From an uncultured Candidatus Saccharibacteria bacterium (GTDB lineage: Bacteria > Patescibacteriota > Minisyncoccia > Phycocordibacterales > Phycocordibacteraceae), in contig CAZYDN010000002.1 of the NCBI GenBank assembly GCA_964646315.1, forward strand, positions 962-64,961: DNA of 64,000 nt. The letters are read 5' to 3'. The notes under the pieces are model-generated. The model was given only the letters and a program-made list of their open reading frames with translations. It searched no databases and was not told where the DNA came from. Positions 17,239-28,149 of this stretch are shown here, piece after piece. The position numbers and the translations under genes were made by a program. Within the stretch, counting starts at the first letter, position 1, and each line of letters begins with the position of its first letter.

Positions 17239-18585
17239 ATGCTTATTCCTTCACAGATACGGCGCCCTAATGCGCTTGGGTACGCACTCGTAGCTCTAGT
17301 GATTGTGTCGCTTGGAGTACTGTCTTCTGCGTATGTGTATACCCAGATAGATCAGTCGGGACGCGAACATATTAAAGATCGTGCACAAACCGTTGCGGAG
17401 ATGTTTCCCAAGGCAGATATAGAGGAACTTGCCGGTGCTTCATACGACCTCGGCACTCCTGCGTATGCGCGAGTGAAGAACACCCTGACCCGCATACGGC
17501 AGGTTAATAGTGATGTACGGTTTGCTTACTTGGTAGGTACGCATTCAAACGGAAATATTTTTTTCTTTGCAGACTCTGAAAACCCATCTTCGCAAGACTA
17601 TTCGCCACCTGGTCAAGAATACGAAGAAGCTTCGCCTGCGATGCACGACATGTTTGAAACAGGTATTCCGGTAACGGAAGGTCCTGATCGCGACCGGTGG
17701 GGAGTCTGGATTTCGGCATATGCTCCCGTGCGTGACGATTCTGGAAAGATTATTGCACTACTCGGACTTGATTTGCCGGCCTCACAATATGTTACGGATG
17801 TTGTTGCGTACTCACTTCTGCCCTTACTCGTTGCTCTTTTACTTCTGGTGCTCATTACCGCAGCAGAACGGATGCATGCGCGGGAATACCGTTCCATAGC
17901 CCAGAAAGCAGAGTTTCTTTCCATTGCGTCTCACGAGATCAGGACACCTCTTACGGGCATACGGTGGGCTGTTGAGTCTATGCTTTCCAGTAGAACGAAT
18001 CCCGTTGCCGGAGAATTAAGAACTACGCTTGAACGCGTGCACGAGGGCTGTCTCATGCTTATTGCGAGGATTAACAATCTGCTCGATGTAACGGCCTTTG
18101 AAAGTCGTGGTGTAAGCGTACTTAAAAAATCAGATATCGATATTCCTTCATTTGTACATGAGATTGTCGAGAGTTTGGAACTATCTGCCATGCAACGGGA
18201 AGTGCGTATTGTTATTGATCCTAGTGTGGAGGAGGCTGGAGTGTTTCGTGCTGACCCTCAAACCATGCATCACGTATTCTTTAACCTCATGGCAAACGCC
18301 GTAAAATATACAAATCCAAACACTGAAGTTCGGATTGCGTATGAACGCTCGCCGCGTATGCATGTTTTCTGCTTTGTTGATCAAGGTCCTGGCATGTCTG
18401 CGCATGACCAAGCTCACATATTCGAAGGCTATCATCGTACTGAAGCTGCAGTACGTTCCGGTCAGTATGGAAGTGGACTAGGACTCTATCTAGCGCGAAC
18501 AGCTGCTGAGCTCCATGGTGGATCGGTGAACGTTATGTCGACCCTTGGTGAAGGAGCCCGCTTTACACTCACTATTCCCGGGTAA
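17239..18585 (+). CDS. sensor histidine kinase (periplasmic sensor, HisKA H-box SIASHEIRTPLTGI, HATPase_c)
   Basis: H-box and G-boxes seen. Confidence 0.8.
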   Translation: MLIPSQIRRPNALGYALVALVIVSLGVLSSAYVYTQIDQSGREHIKDRAQTVAEMFPKADIEELAGASYDLGTPAYARVKNTLTRIRQVNSDVRFAYLVGTHSNGNIFFFADSENPSSQDYSPPGQEYEEASPAMHDMFETGIPVTEGPDRDRWGVWISAYAPVRDDSGKIIALLGLDLPASQYVTDVVAYSLLPLLVALLLLVLITAAERMHAREYRSIAQKAEFLSIASHEIRTPLTGIRWAVESMLSSRTNPVAGELRTTLERVHEGCLMLIARINNLLDVTAFESRGVSVLKKSDIDIPSFVHEIVESLELSAMQREVRIVIDPSVEEAGVFRADPQTMHHVFFNLMANAVKYTNPNTEVRIAYERSPRMHVFCFVDQGPGMSAHDQAHIFEGYHRTEAAVRSGQYGSGLGLYLARTAAELHGGSVNVMSTLGEGARFTLTIPG

Positions 18586-18973
18586 GACCCACAAGACCAA
18601 GCTTCTCGTCAACTAATTTTACGATGCTGTCTATCTGTCGGTCTGACTTCACTACATACGCGACACTGCCACTTTCCATAGCTCGAGCGACATAATCCAT
18701 ATCGCCTGCGTTACTCAAAATAATGAAAGGAGTTTTGTTCTCGGGATGTGTTTCGCGAATTTCTTCAAGCATCTGTATGCCGTCTTTCTTAGGCATCATT
18801 ACATCCATTACAACCGCGTCTGGTTTTTCGGACTCAAAACTACGCAATCCTTCTTCTCCATTGAGAGCGGTCGCTACCTCATACCCAGCTTCTTCAAACT
18901 GATGGGTAAGTGTGACGAGTAGGAGATTATCGTCTTCTACAATGAGGACCTTTTTGCCGTTCTTTTGGTTCAT
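18572..18973 (-). CDS. single-domain response regulator (CheY-like receiver)
   Basis: DD...D...K receiver residues; convergent with the kinase, 14-bp 3' overlap. Confidence 0.8.
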   Translation of the reverse strand: MNQKNGKKVLIVEDDNLLLVTLTHQFEEAGYEVATALNGEEGLRSFESEKPDAVVMDVMMPKKDGIQMLEEIRETHPENKTPFIILSNAGDMDYVARAMESGSVAYVVKSDRQIDSIVKLVDEKLGLVGLTRE

Positions 18974-19016
18974 GAGATTAGTGTAGCATCTTCGAGAGAC
19001 GGGGTATGATTACTTC

Positions 19017-20441
19017 ATGGTACGAAAAGAGAGAATTAGAACCCTTAACAGTGCTGAGAGGCAAGGAAATGGCCCGGTAGTGTATTGGATGAACCGCGAT
19101 TGCCGTATTTCGGATAATTGGGCATACATTCATGCGCGCATCCTTGCACACAAGGCAAAGGTTCCCCTTATTGTTCTTTATAATATTTCTCCAGGATTTT
19201 TAGGTGGCGGCATGCGTCAGCACAGCTTTAAGATAGGAGGTTTGCAAGAGGTGTCGCAGGCTTGTAGTGATGCAGGAACGCCTTTTTTCTTGTGTACCGG
19301 AGACGCTAAGGCGGTAATAGCCTTTGTGCTAAAGCATAATGCTCATACCGTAGTTACGGACTATTCGCCATTACGTATTCAAAAGGAATGGCTCTCTGAT
19401 GTAGTGGAACTTGCGCAATGTCCGGTAGTGCAGGTAGATGCACATAATATTGTTCCGGTATGGGTAACGTCAGCGAAGCCAGAATATGCTGCACGCACTA
19501 TCCGGCCAAAACTAGCGCGATTAGCTCCCCAATTTCTTGAGCCATTTCCCCGTGTACTAGCCTCGGTTCCGACATATAAGGGTGAGGTTCCAGATATCAA
19601 TTGGGAAAAAGTACGTACTTGCAAAGGGCTCACTCCTCACGTGACTGAAGTTGCACACACGTCTCCCGGACATGCTGCTGGCATGCACACGCTTGAGCAT
19701 TTTATAAAAAAGAACCTTTTCCTTTATGGAGACGCAAGAAATGATCCAAATCAAGATGGACAATCGGGACTGTCTCCTTACCTGCATTTTGGACACATAG
19801 CTCCTGCAACCGTGGCTCTCCGTGTGTGTCGCGCGTATGCACTACATCATAAGCAGGCAAAGCAAGCGCCTGCGCAGATACTCTCTCGCCTCATGGATCC
19901 CCGTCGCAATGGTTCTGGAAAGGCACAGGGAAGTGCAGAAAGTTTTATTGAAGAACTTATCGTACGAAGGGAGCTTGCGGATAACTTTTGTGAGTATACG
20001 CCCGCGTACGACACTGTGGAGGGTTTTCCTGACTGGGCGAGGAATACCCTAGAAGCACATCGCGCGGATATACGTCCTTATCTCTATACCTATGGGCAAT
20101 TAGCTAAATCTTTAACTCATGACTCTTTATGGAACGCTGCGCAACTACAGCTTGTGAGGGAAGGTACTATGCACGGATATATGCGTATGTATTGGGGAAA
20201 GAAAATTCTTGAATGGAGTACTTCACCCGAGGAGGCACTAGCGCATGCTATACGTTTGAATGATACGTACCAGCTTGATGGACGAGACCCTAATGGATAC
20301 GCAGGTATAGCGTGGTGCATCGGTGGTGTTCATGACCGACCCTGGTTTAACCGTGAGATTTTTGGCACGGTTCGCTACATGGCTCGTAGTGGGTGCGAAA
20401 AAAAGTTCGACGTGCCCGCGTATATCGCGCGTTACTCCTGA
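19017..20441 (+). CDS. phr: class II CPD photolyase
   Basis: C-terminal RMYWGKKILEWS-type motif typical of class II photolyases. Confidence 0.8.
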   Translation: MVRKERIRTLNSAERQGNGPVVYWMNRDCRISDNWAYIHARILAHKAKVPLIVLYNISPGFLGGGMRQHSFKIGGLQEVSQACSDAGTPFFLCTGDAKAVIAFVLKHNAHTVVTDYSPLRIQKEWLSDVVELAQCPVVQVDAHNIVPVWVTSAKPEYAARTIRPKLARLAPQFLEPFPRVLASVPTYKGEVPDINWEKVRTCKGLTPHVTEVAHTSPGHAAGMHTLEHFIKKNLFLYGDARNDPNQDGQSGLSPYLHFGHIAPATVALRVCRAYALHHKQAKQAPAQILSRLMDPRRNGSGKAQGSAESFIEELIVRRELADNFCEYTPAYDTVEGFPDWARNTLEAHRADIRPYLYTYGQLAKSLTHDSLWNAAQLQLVREGTMHGYMRMYWGKKILEWSTSPEEALAHAIRLNDTYQLDGRDPNGYAGIAWCIGGVHDRPWFNREIFGTVRYMARSGCEKKFDVPAYIARYS

Positions 20442-23400
20442 CTTTGTGGTTGCGTAAGGTATCGTGCGCGCACCTCTTTGCCCGGCCAGCGGTAGTACAA
20501 CACGGGAATAAGTACGAGTGTTAGGAGAAGTGAGAAGGCGAGACCGGCCATAATCGCAAACGCAAGCGGTGCCCAGAATGCCGAAGCGAAGACGAGCGGA
20601 ATCATACCAATCACGGTTACCACCGTTGTAAGGAGAATAGGACGCAGACGAGTAGAAGAGGCGGCAACGACTACTTCCTGGAGGGAGTAATTTGGGTGCT
20701 CAATATGAATGCGAGCGATGGAATCCATGAGAATGATGGCGTGGTTAATAATCACACCTGCCAGAGCAATAACGCCAAGCATGGATGTAAGTGAAAGCGG
20801 TTGCCCTACAAGGGTAAGTCCGAAGAAGACTCCCACAAGTGAAAGGGGGATAATGGCGAGCAAGTAGAACGACTGACGGAATGAGTTAAATTCAAGAATG
20901 AGAATTGAGAGCATGAGCGCTGCTCCAGCGATGAGCGCTACGAAGAGTTCGATAAATGACTTACCCACGTCTTCGCTAGCTCCACCCAACTTCATAACCA
21001 CGCCCGTACCAATCTTGTCCTGCGTAAACTGTTTCTGGAATTCCTTGGTTACTTCAATAGCGTTTGCAGTAGGGTCTACTTCTGCGGTTACGGTGGTGAT
21101 TCGAGTACCCGCTTCGTGCTTTATGCTTGATTGAGCGGATTGGTACGTAATTGTTGCAATGGCCGAAAGAGGAACGGGTCCATGGGCTCCAACAACGGTA
21201 AGCTCGCGTACCGCATCAATGGAGGCATGAGTGGTCTCTGAAGAATCCTTGTAGTTTGGATTTAAGTCGAGCTTGGTTCGCACCTCAATATCATTTGTTC
21301 CGGTACGAATAGATGTAGCTTTCGTACTGAAGAGCGCGGTGCGGAGCGTATCTGTGACCGTCAGAGGAGACACCCCAAGCTCTGCAGCTTTAGCACCATC
21401 GAGCGTTACCACAAACTCAGCGCTCGAGTGCTTGGAATCTGAGTCTAGATTCACCACCCCCGGGATGTCGGAGAGTACATGTACGGCATTATCGGCAGTG
21501 GACGACAGAGCATTCAAGTCGTCTCCTGAGAATGTAATAGTGATTGGTGAAGAAGAAGGCGGGCCACCAGCCGGTTCACTCACCGTAATACTTGCTGATG
21601 TAATTTGAGCAAGCTGTCCTCGTAGCTCAGTCACAAAATCGGCGCTTGTTTGTTTGTGGTGCTTTGGAAGGTTCACCGTGATGTTTCCAATGTTGCTACC
21701 ACTTGTAGGGCCCGAGCCAGAGCCTCCTGCAAAGGAGCTACCAGCCCCTACTTCACTTACGAATGAAGCTACGTTTGGGTTGGTGTAGAGAAGTTCTTCC
21801 ACTTCACGTACTGAGAGGTCAGTACTCGCAAGGTCGCTACCTTGTGGCTTCTCTATCTGCACGTAGACATAGTCGGAGTCGGCGGCAGGGAAGAATATGG
21901 ATTTCAATAGCCCGGTTGAAGGAAGCGCAATAGCGATTACGAAGAGAACTGCAAGCGTAATGAAGAATTTGTTCTGACTCTTTTTAGCGTTGAGCATGCG
22001 AGTCAAATATCCTTCGTACCACGTCTTTGCTATCTGGTTGTATTTTTCCTGGCGGTCTTGCGCGACTGAGTGCGTATCCTTTACGAAGAAAATAGCGAGA
22101 AGCGGTACGAACCCAAGTGCCACAAAGATTGACGCAAGAAGCACGAAAATAACCGTGAACGGAATAGACGCAAGGAATTTACCAACGATACCGGAAAGGA
22201 AGAAGAGGGGAATGAATACCACAATGGTCGTAAACGTTCCTGCGATAAGCGGCCACGCATACTCTTTGATGGCAGCGCGTGCTGCTTTTTGTTTGTCGCC
22301 AAAGGCAAGCAAACGGGTATGGAACGCTTCCACAACCACAATGCCGGAGTCGACGAGAATACCGATCGCAAGAATAAGAGAGAAGAGGGATACGTTGTTG
22401 AGGGTGTTTCCAGAAGCCAGGAGGCCAATAAATGCCACTAGGAATGAAAGGGGAATAGAGGCAGCTGCTACGAGAGACTCTCTCCATCCAAGAGTAAACA
22501 AGAGTACGAGCATAACGAGAACCACGGTCTCAACACCCGCTCGGGTGAGCTCCACGAGACTTTTATTTACTTCCTCTGCACCATTGTAAGAAATTACTGT
22601 TTTAGTTCCCTCTAAAATTCCCTTCTCCAAGTCAGCAAGCTTCTTTTCCACTGCATGACCGGTCTCAACAATATTTCCACCACGACTCTTGTAGATGGTG
22701 AGAGTGAGTGAAGGGTCGGCGGGTGAGCCGTTTACTGAGACACGAGAATAGGTGCTTGGATCTTCCAGTCCGTCCTTAACGTCTGCAACGTCACGCACAT
22801 GGAGTGTGCTTCCACCAGGACCAGCGATAGCAATTCCTGCTACCGCATCGGTTGTGAGAAGTCCGGATTCAAAACGTACTGCATAGTTAATTCCGTCCAC
22901 GGTAATAGAGCCGGCGGGAGAAGAAACTCCAGCCGCACGCAATGCGGAAGTTACGTCAGAAAGGGAGAGGTTGTATTGACGAAGCGCCGCGCCCCGAACA
23001 ATAACCTGCACCTCTCGGTCACGAATTCCCGACACAGAAACTTTAGACACTCCGGACACACGCTTAATTTCGTCACTAACTTCGTCTCCAAGCGTCGTCA
23101 GTTCTTCTGGGGTGAGTTTGCCCGATACAGAAACAATAAGAATTGGTTGGTCAGCAAAGTTAACATCTGAGACGGTAGGTGCTAGAGCCTCTGGAGGAAG
23201 TTCTGGGCGCACCTTGTCCACTGCGTCTTTAAGGAGCTGAATGGATTTATCAATATTTGCAGTAGCGTCGAACTCAACAGAGACTACCGATACCCCGTCA
23301 CCTGAGGTGGAGGTAACTTTTGACACGTGCTCTACACCCAGTACGCCGCTTTCTATTTTGTCGGTAATTAAACGCTCAACGTCGCTCGAGGAAGCGCCCG

Positions 23401-23557
23401 GTAGTACCGTTGCAACAACACCAAGGGGAATGGTGATATCTGGACTAGATTCCTTAGGTATGACGATTACGGCATACAGACCGCCCGCCAAAAGACCGAG
23501 CATCAGAAATACCGTGAAGGTCTGCTTCTTCAGAAAGAAACTCCAGAAATTGGTCAT
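20432..23557 (-). CDS. RND-family efflux transporter (AcrB-like), 12 TM plus large periplasmic loops
   Basis: 1041 aa with RND architecture. Confidence 0.85.
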   Translation of the reverse strand: MTNFWSFFLKKQTFTVFLMLGLLAGGLYAVIVIPKESSPDITIPLGVVATVLPGASSSDVERLITDKIESGVLGVEHVSKVTSTSGDGVSVVSVEFDATANIDKSIQLLKDAVDKVRPELPPEALAPTVSDVNFADQPILIVSVSGKLTPEELTTLGDEVSDEIKRVSGVSKVSVSGIRDREVQVIVRGAALRQYNLSLSDVTSALRAAGVSSPAGSITVDGINYAVRFESGLLTTDAVAGIAIAGPGGSTLHVRDVADVKDGLEDPSTYSRVSVNGSPADPSLTLTIYKSRGGNIVETGHAVEKKLADLEKGILEGTKTVISYNGAEEVNKSLVELTRAGVETVVLVMLVLLFTLGWRESLVAAASIPLSFLVAFIGLLASGNTLNNVSLFSLILAIGILVDSGIVVVEAFHTRLLAFGDKQKAARAAIKEYAWPLIAGTFTTIVVFIPLFFLSGIVGKFLASIPFTVIFVLLASIFVALGFVPLLAIFFVKDTHSVAQDRQEKYNQIAKTWYEGYLTRMLNAKKSQNKFFITLAVLFVIAIALPSTGLLKSIFFPAADSDYVYVQIEKPQGSDLASTDLSVREVEELLYTNPNVASFVSEVGAGSSFAGGSGSGPTSGSNIGNITVNLPKHHKQTSADFVTELRGQLAQITSASITVSEPAGGPPSSSPITITFSGDDLNALSSTADNAVHVLSDIPGVVNLDSDSKHSSAEFVVTLDGAKAAELGVSPLTVTDTLRTALFSTKATSIRTGTNDIEVRTKLDLNPNYKDSSETTHASIDAVRELTVVGAHGPVPLSAIATITYQSAQSSIKHEAGTRITTVTAEVDPTANAIEVTKEFQKQFTQDKIGTGVVMKLGGASEDVGKSFIELFVALIAGAALMLSILILEFNSFRQSFYLLAIIPLSLVGVFFGLTLVGQPLSLTSMLGVIALAGVIINHAIILMDSIARIHIEHPNYSLQEVVVAASSTRLRPILLTTVVTVIGMIPLVFASAFWAPLAFAIMAGLAFSLLLTLVLIPVLYYRWPGKEVRARYLTQPQSQE

Positions 23558-23558
23558 G

Positions 23559-25103
23559 TTACAGAGAGGCGTTGTCCGCGATAGATACCTTCTGTCCTGC
23601 CGACAAGCCTCGTGCGTCGGTAACTATGCGGGTGCCTGCGCTAATACCTGAAAGCACTTCAATAGCGCCACCTCGAACTTCTCCCGTAGTAATTGCGTGT
23701 TCTACAAGACGGCCCTGCTCGTCTACGCTAAACACTACGCGATCATTAGTGCGCAACTTTACACTTGCAAGGGGAAGAAGGAGAGGACCTTCATTCTCGG
23801 TTGTTGCCTTCACGGCACCAGGAAGAGTGATGCGTACTGACTGGCCGTTCACCAGCGAGGCGTCAGGATTACTAATAGCAATGTGGATTTCAATTTGGTG
23901 TGTTGTTGGACTCAGTGCTGGCGCAATGCTTGTGATGATTCCTGTGTAACGAGTTTCAACGGTAACTTTTTCACCTACGGAGATTTGGGTGCGTTCATCT
24001 TCAGAAATATAGGTAACTAACTCAAGTGAACCATTCTGCGCCACGGTAGCTACGTGTGTGAACGCTGTTACATAGTCGCCGACGCGAATAGGAAGAAAGT
24101 TTACGGTGCCAGATATAGGTGCACGCACAAGTGTTTTTTCAAGCTGTGCCTGAGCACCTCGGAGGTTACCAAGTGCTTGTTTTACCGAAGCATCAACTGA
24201 TGCTGTAGAGCTTATACTTTTGCCACGATATGCCTCGCGTGCGGCAGCTAGTGCTGCTTGCTGCTGGTTTACGGTTGCACGAGCAGAGGCAAGAGCTGTC
24301 ATCTGCGAAGTAGAGGCGCCGGAATCTGAATCGTTGGCAGCGCGGGCAAGGTCCGCAAGAAAAGCAGAGGTAGCATCAACGACCTTCTGTGCTTGATCAA
24401 GAAGTACTTCAGGCTCAGTTGTTGCTGCAGTAGCTTGCTGGGTGCGCCACTCATCTATACTGTTTTGAAGTGTTTGACGTTTTCCGGATAGATATCCCAT
24501 TGGGAACATTCCTGCATTTATAAGGAGACTTGGTCCGTAAGGAGTGGGGCCACCAAAGAAGAGATCTATTTGACTTGCGTATGCGCTATCGAGAGCGGTA
24601 AAGGCAGAACGGTAGGTGTTTCGTACAGAAAGGGAAGTGTCCTTAGGAGACACTGCGTTTCTCGCCGCAATAGCCGCGTCATACGCACCCTCTGCCTGCA
24701 GTACGGTAGCGCGCTGACTCGCATTATCTAGCTCTGCAATAATGAATCCAGCAGGAACACTAGCGCCAAGCGTTGTGCGAACAGAGCGAACCTTCCCGCC
24801 GCTTTCAGCGAGGATATCGGCTTCGGTTACTGAACGAATAGTACCTATAACACTAGTTCCGTCCCCACCACCTGAAAGTGAGCCTGCGGTTGCGAGAGTG
24901 ACCGTGCGGGGTTCGTCTGTTTGTGCTTTAGCACCGCCGAAGCCATTGAGTAGTGAAATCCCTCCTATGAGGAGTATGGCCAGAAGTACCCCGATAGCTA
25001 CTTGCTGCCAGATTTTTAGAGAACGGTACTTCTTCCACCCGCGAGTGGCTTTAGCAGTTGAGTAAGAGAGAGCGCCTGAAAGGCGGGAAGCGAGTTCTTT
25101 CAT
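23559..25103 (-). CDS. RND adaptor / membrane-fusion protein (HlyD-like), N-terminal TM
   Basis: Directly upstream of the RND gene. The start is placed at the internal ATG (MKELASR); the ORF-track TTG start at 25142 is less likely. Confidence 0.7.
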   Translation of the reverse strand: MKELASRLSGALSYSTAKATRGWKKYRSLKIWQQVAIGVLLAILLIGGISLLNGFGGAKAQTDEPRTVTLATAGSLSGGGDGTSVIGTIRSVTEADILAESGGKVRSVRTTLGASVPAGFIIAELDNASQRATVLQAEGAYDAAIAARNAVSPKDTSLSVRNTYRSAFTALDSAYASQIDLFFGGPTPYGPSLLINAGMFPMGYLSGKRQTLQNSIDEWRTQQATAATTEPEVLLDQAQKVVDATSAFLADLARAANDSDSGASTSQMTALASARATVNQQQAALAAAREAYRGKSISSTASVDASVKQALGNLRGAQAQLEKTLVRAPISGTVNFLPIRVGDYVTAFTHVATVAQNGSLELVTYISEDERTQISVGEKVTVETRYTGIITSIAPALSPTTHQIEIHIAISNPDASLVNGQSVRITLPGAVKATTENEGPLLLPLASVKLRTNDRVVFSVDEQGRLVEHAITTGEVRGGAIEVLSGISAGTRIVTDARGLSAGQKVSIADNASL

Positions 25104-25181
25104 AGAGACATATATTGTATACCAAAATATTAGATATGTCAATTATCGCGCGGTCAAGCTTGCACATGCACATGGGGTGGG

Positions 25182-25694
25182 GTGGTAGTATTGGGACATA
25201 TGTTGAATCACGATCAAAAGCCACACCACACGTTTATGTATCTATGGATTATTGGTGCGGTGGTAGTGCTCGTGTTCTCTATGGTCTCCTACATCATGCA
25301 GTATCCGCGCACGGTACAAGCGCCCCAAGTAATCGAACCACCAGTTGCGACCACGACGTCGTCGCAACCATCTAATGATGTTACGACCGACACTACGGGA
25401 GTGTTTACTCTTGCTCTTGGGGAAACAGGAACAAGTCATGGTTGGACCATTACTCCTACCGCACTCACCGAAGATAGTAGGTGTCCTACGGACGTGCAGT
25501 GTATCCAGGCCGGTACGGTGCGAGTAAGTGTGCGCATAGGAAGCTCAACAAGTGAGAAAGTGGTTACGCTTGTAACCCCAGAAAGTATTCCCGGAGGACA
25601 GATAACGCTCGTAAAAGTTACTCCCGATAAAAATTCCAAGCTTTCTACAAAGCAGTCTGAGTACCGATTCTCATTTCTTGTAGTGACGCAGTAA
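25182..25694 (+). CDS. hypothetical membrane-anchored secreted protein
   Basis: TM helix then Thr/Ser linker; start uncertain (25200-25236 also possible). Confidence 0.4.
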   Translation: MVVLGHMLNHDQKPHHTFMYLWIIGAVVVLVFSMVSYIMQYPRTVQAPQVIEPPVATTTSSQPSNDVTTDTTGVFTLALGETGTSHGWTITPTALTEDSRCPTDVQCIQAGTVRVSVRIGSSTSEKVVTLVTPESIPGGQITLVKVTPDKNSKLSTKQSEYRFSFLVVTQ

Positions 25695-25698
25695 TTCC

Positions 25699-26460
25699 AT
25701 GAAGGTTATTTCGCTCAATACGTGGGGAGGTGAGGCAGGGGTCAAATCACTTCTTGATTTTTTTGCTGCACACAAAGACGTAGACATCTTTTGTCTACAA
25801 GAAGTATGGAATGGCGGAGAGGAGATGCTGGATAAAAACACAGGCGGTTCCTGGCTTAATAGAAGAGTTCCGACGCTCTTATCTGATATCTCTGCGATTC
25901 TTTCCGAGTACAAAGTCTTTTATCGTCCACACTTTCATGACTTCTTCGGGCTCGCTCTCTTCATAAAGAGAGACATAAAAGTCACAGAAGAAGGCGACTT
26001 GTATATATACAAAGAACAGGGCTATATCTCTCCGGAAGAGTTTGGTGACCATGCACGCATCCTTCAGTACGTTACAATTGAAATTGAGAATAAATTACAT
26101 ACCCTTATCCAACTCCATGGTTTATGGAACGGAAAGGGTAAGGGTGATTGTGACGAGCGTTTGGAACAATCTGATCGAATCGCAGGTTTTGTTTCCAAGT
26201 TGCCAAACCCGACCGTACTCGTGGGAGATTTTAATCTTCGTCCCGATACAGATTCTCTTAAGAGAATAGAAAAAATAGGTTTGCGAAACCTTATAAATGA
26301 ATACGGAATAGTTTCTACGCGCACGAGTCACTATACAAAGTCGGAGAAATTTGCGGACTACGCATTTGTGAGCGAAGGAATTGAAGTGCTTGACTTCACA
26401 GTACTCCCCGACGAAGTCTCTGACCACGCGCCGCTGTATCTTGAATACTCTCTCTCATGA
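25699..26460 (+). CDS. endonuclease/exonuclease/phosphatase (EEP) family protein
   Basis: N-terminal LNTWGG and C-terminal SDHAPL motifs typical of EEP. Confidence 0.7.
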   Translation: MKVISLNTWGGEAGVKSLLDFFAAHKDVDIFCLQEVWNGGEEMLDKNTGGSWLNRRVPTLLSDISAILSEYKVFYRPHFHDFFGLALFIKRDIKVTEEGDLYIYKEQGYISPEEFGDHARILQYVTIEIENKLHTLIQLHGLWNGKGKGDCDERLEQSDRIAGFVSKLPNPTVLVGDFNLRPDTDSLKRIEKIGLRNLINEYGIVSTRTSHYTKSEKFADYAFVSEGIEVLDFTVLPDEVSDHAPLYLEYSLS

Positions 26461-28124
26461 CTCAAAACGAAGCACTAACTATTTTACAAACCGGAGCAAA
26501 TGTATTTCTTACCGGTGAACCGGGAAGCGGGAAGACGCATACGGTAAACGCGTATGTGGCGTGGCTTCGCAGTCACGGCATAGAGCCCTCCATCACCGCA
26601 TCAACGGGCATTGCCGCTACTCATGTGGGTGGCATGACTATTCACTCGTGGAGTGGCATTGGCATTAACGAGCGAATGACGCCAGAGTTGCTCGACTCTA
26701 TTGCATCTAAAGAACATGTGGCGAAGCGCTTACAAAAGGCGAAGGTGCTTATTATTGACGAGGTCTCAATGCTTTCAGGAGAAGTACTTGCGATGGTGGA
26801 CGCGGTACTTAAAGAGGTGCGCCATACCGATCTTCCAATGGGCGGTGTGCAGACGGTGCTCGTGGGTGACTTTTTCCAGCTACCACCGGTGTCGCGCAAT
26901 CCTACCGGTTTTGCGTTTCAATCCCCCGCATGGAAATTACTTAATCCGCTGGTGTGTTACCTCACAGAACAGCACCGTCAGGAAGACTCAGTGTTTTTGA
27001 ATGTTCTGGCTGCTATTCGTAGTGGGGAGTGGGATCACACGCATGTGTCTGTTATTACGTCGCGCGAAGCTGAATTAGACGAAGTAGATGACGAGACTCC
27101 AAGACTGTTTACCCATAATGCGGACGTTGACCGTATTAACGATGAGAAGTTGGCGTCGCTCCCCGCGCGTGCGCATTCGTTTGCAATGAGTGCTACCGGA
27201 CCTTCCGTACTTACGGACGCACTCAAACGTGGCTGCTTGTCTCCAGAAACACTCGCGCTCAAAGAAGGTGCAATCGTAATGTGTACAAAAAATAATCCAG
27301 CGGTTGGATATGTAAACGGTACACTTGGAAGTGTCATTGGGTACGAGATGGGAACGGGATACCCGATAATCGAAACGCGCGATGGGCGCGAACTGGTGAT
27401 TGCTCCCGTTGATTGGGCAGTTGAGGAGAATGGAAAGGTACGTGCAAAACTTGCACAGGTCCCACTTCGTCTTGCGTGGGCTATTACCGTGCACAAGAGT
27501 CAGGGTATGAGTATGGATGCCGCCGCAATGGATCTGTCGCGTGCATTTGAATATGGGCAAGGATACGTGGCGCTCTCACGTGTTCGTACTCTGCAAGGTT
27601 TGCGCTTGCTTGGGTGGAGTGAAGGGGCAATGCAGGTGCATCCCGATGTGCTTCGTGTGGATCGCTCATTCAGAGAGCAGTCCGAGGGAGCACGCCGTGC
27701 TTTTGAAGCACTTGATGCTTCCGAAGAACTAGTTGGAATGCAGGAGCGTTTTATTAAGGCCTCTGGTGGAACGGTTGAGGCAGTAGAAGGGAATGTTGCT
27801 CGAGCTCCAAAGAAAAGTACGTACGACGAAACACTGACACTTATAAAAGAAGGAAAAAGCTTAGGGGATATTGTCGCAACACGAGCCCTTACTTTTGGAA
27901 CTATTTGCGACCACTTGGAGAAGTTGCGTGAAGGGGGACTTATTTCACCTGAAGAGATTGATGCACTGTTGCCAGACACGTTGCGTACTGCGCTTCCAAA
28001 AATTAGAGCAGCCTTTGGTGAGGGGGAGGATAAAAAGCTCGCTCCCGCTTTCGGAAAATTAAAAGGGAAGTACTCGTATGATGAGCTTAAACTTGCTCGA
28101 TTAGTTATCCTCGGGGAAAAATAG
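26457..28124 (+). CDS. Pif1/RecD-family 5'-3' DNA helicase with C-terminal HTH domain
   Basis: Walker A GEPGSGKTH, Walker B IIDEVSM; ATGA start/stop overlap with the upstream EEP gene. Confidence 0.8.
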   Translation: MTQNEALTILQTGANVFLTGEPGSGKTHTVNAYVAWLRSHGIEPSITASTGIAATHVGGMTIHSWSGIGINERMTPELLDSIASKEHVAKRLQKAKVLIIDEVSMLSGEVLAMVDAVLKEVRHTDLPMGGVQTVLVGDFFQLPPVSRNPTGFAFQSPAWKLLNPLVCYLTEQHRQEDSVFLNVLAAIRSGEWDHTHVSVITSREAELDEVDDETPRLFTHNADVDRINDEKLASLPARAHSFAMSATGPSVLTDALKRGCLSPETLALKEGAIVMCTKNNPAVGYVNGTLGSVIGYEMGTGYPIIETRDGRELVIAPVDWAVEENGKVRAKLAQVPLRLAWAITVHKSQGMSMDAAAMDLSRAFEYGQGYVALSRVRTLQGLRLLGWSEGAMQVHPDVLRVDRSFREQSEGARRAFEALDASEELVGMQERFIKASGGTVEAVEGNVARAPKKSTYDETLTLIKEGKSLGDIVATRALTFGTICDHLEKLREGGLISPEEIDALLPDTLRTALPKIRAAFGEGEDKKLAPAFGKLKGKYSYDELKLARLVILGEK

Positions 28125-28149
28125 CTTGCCTGTCGTACAATAGGACGAC

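Noticed and set aside
20898-23170. Multiple 78-199 aa ORFs inside the RND gene on the opposite strand
   Set aside because: Antisense ORFs within a well-supported 1041-aa RND CDS.
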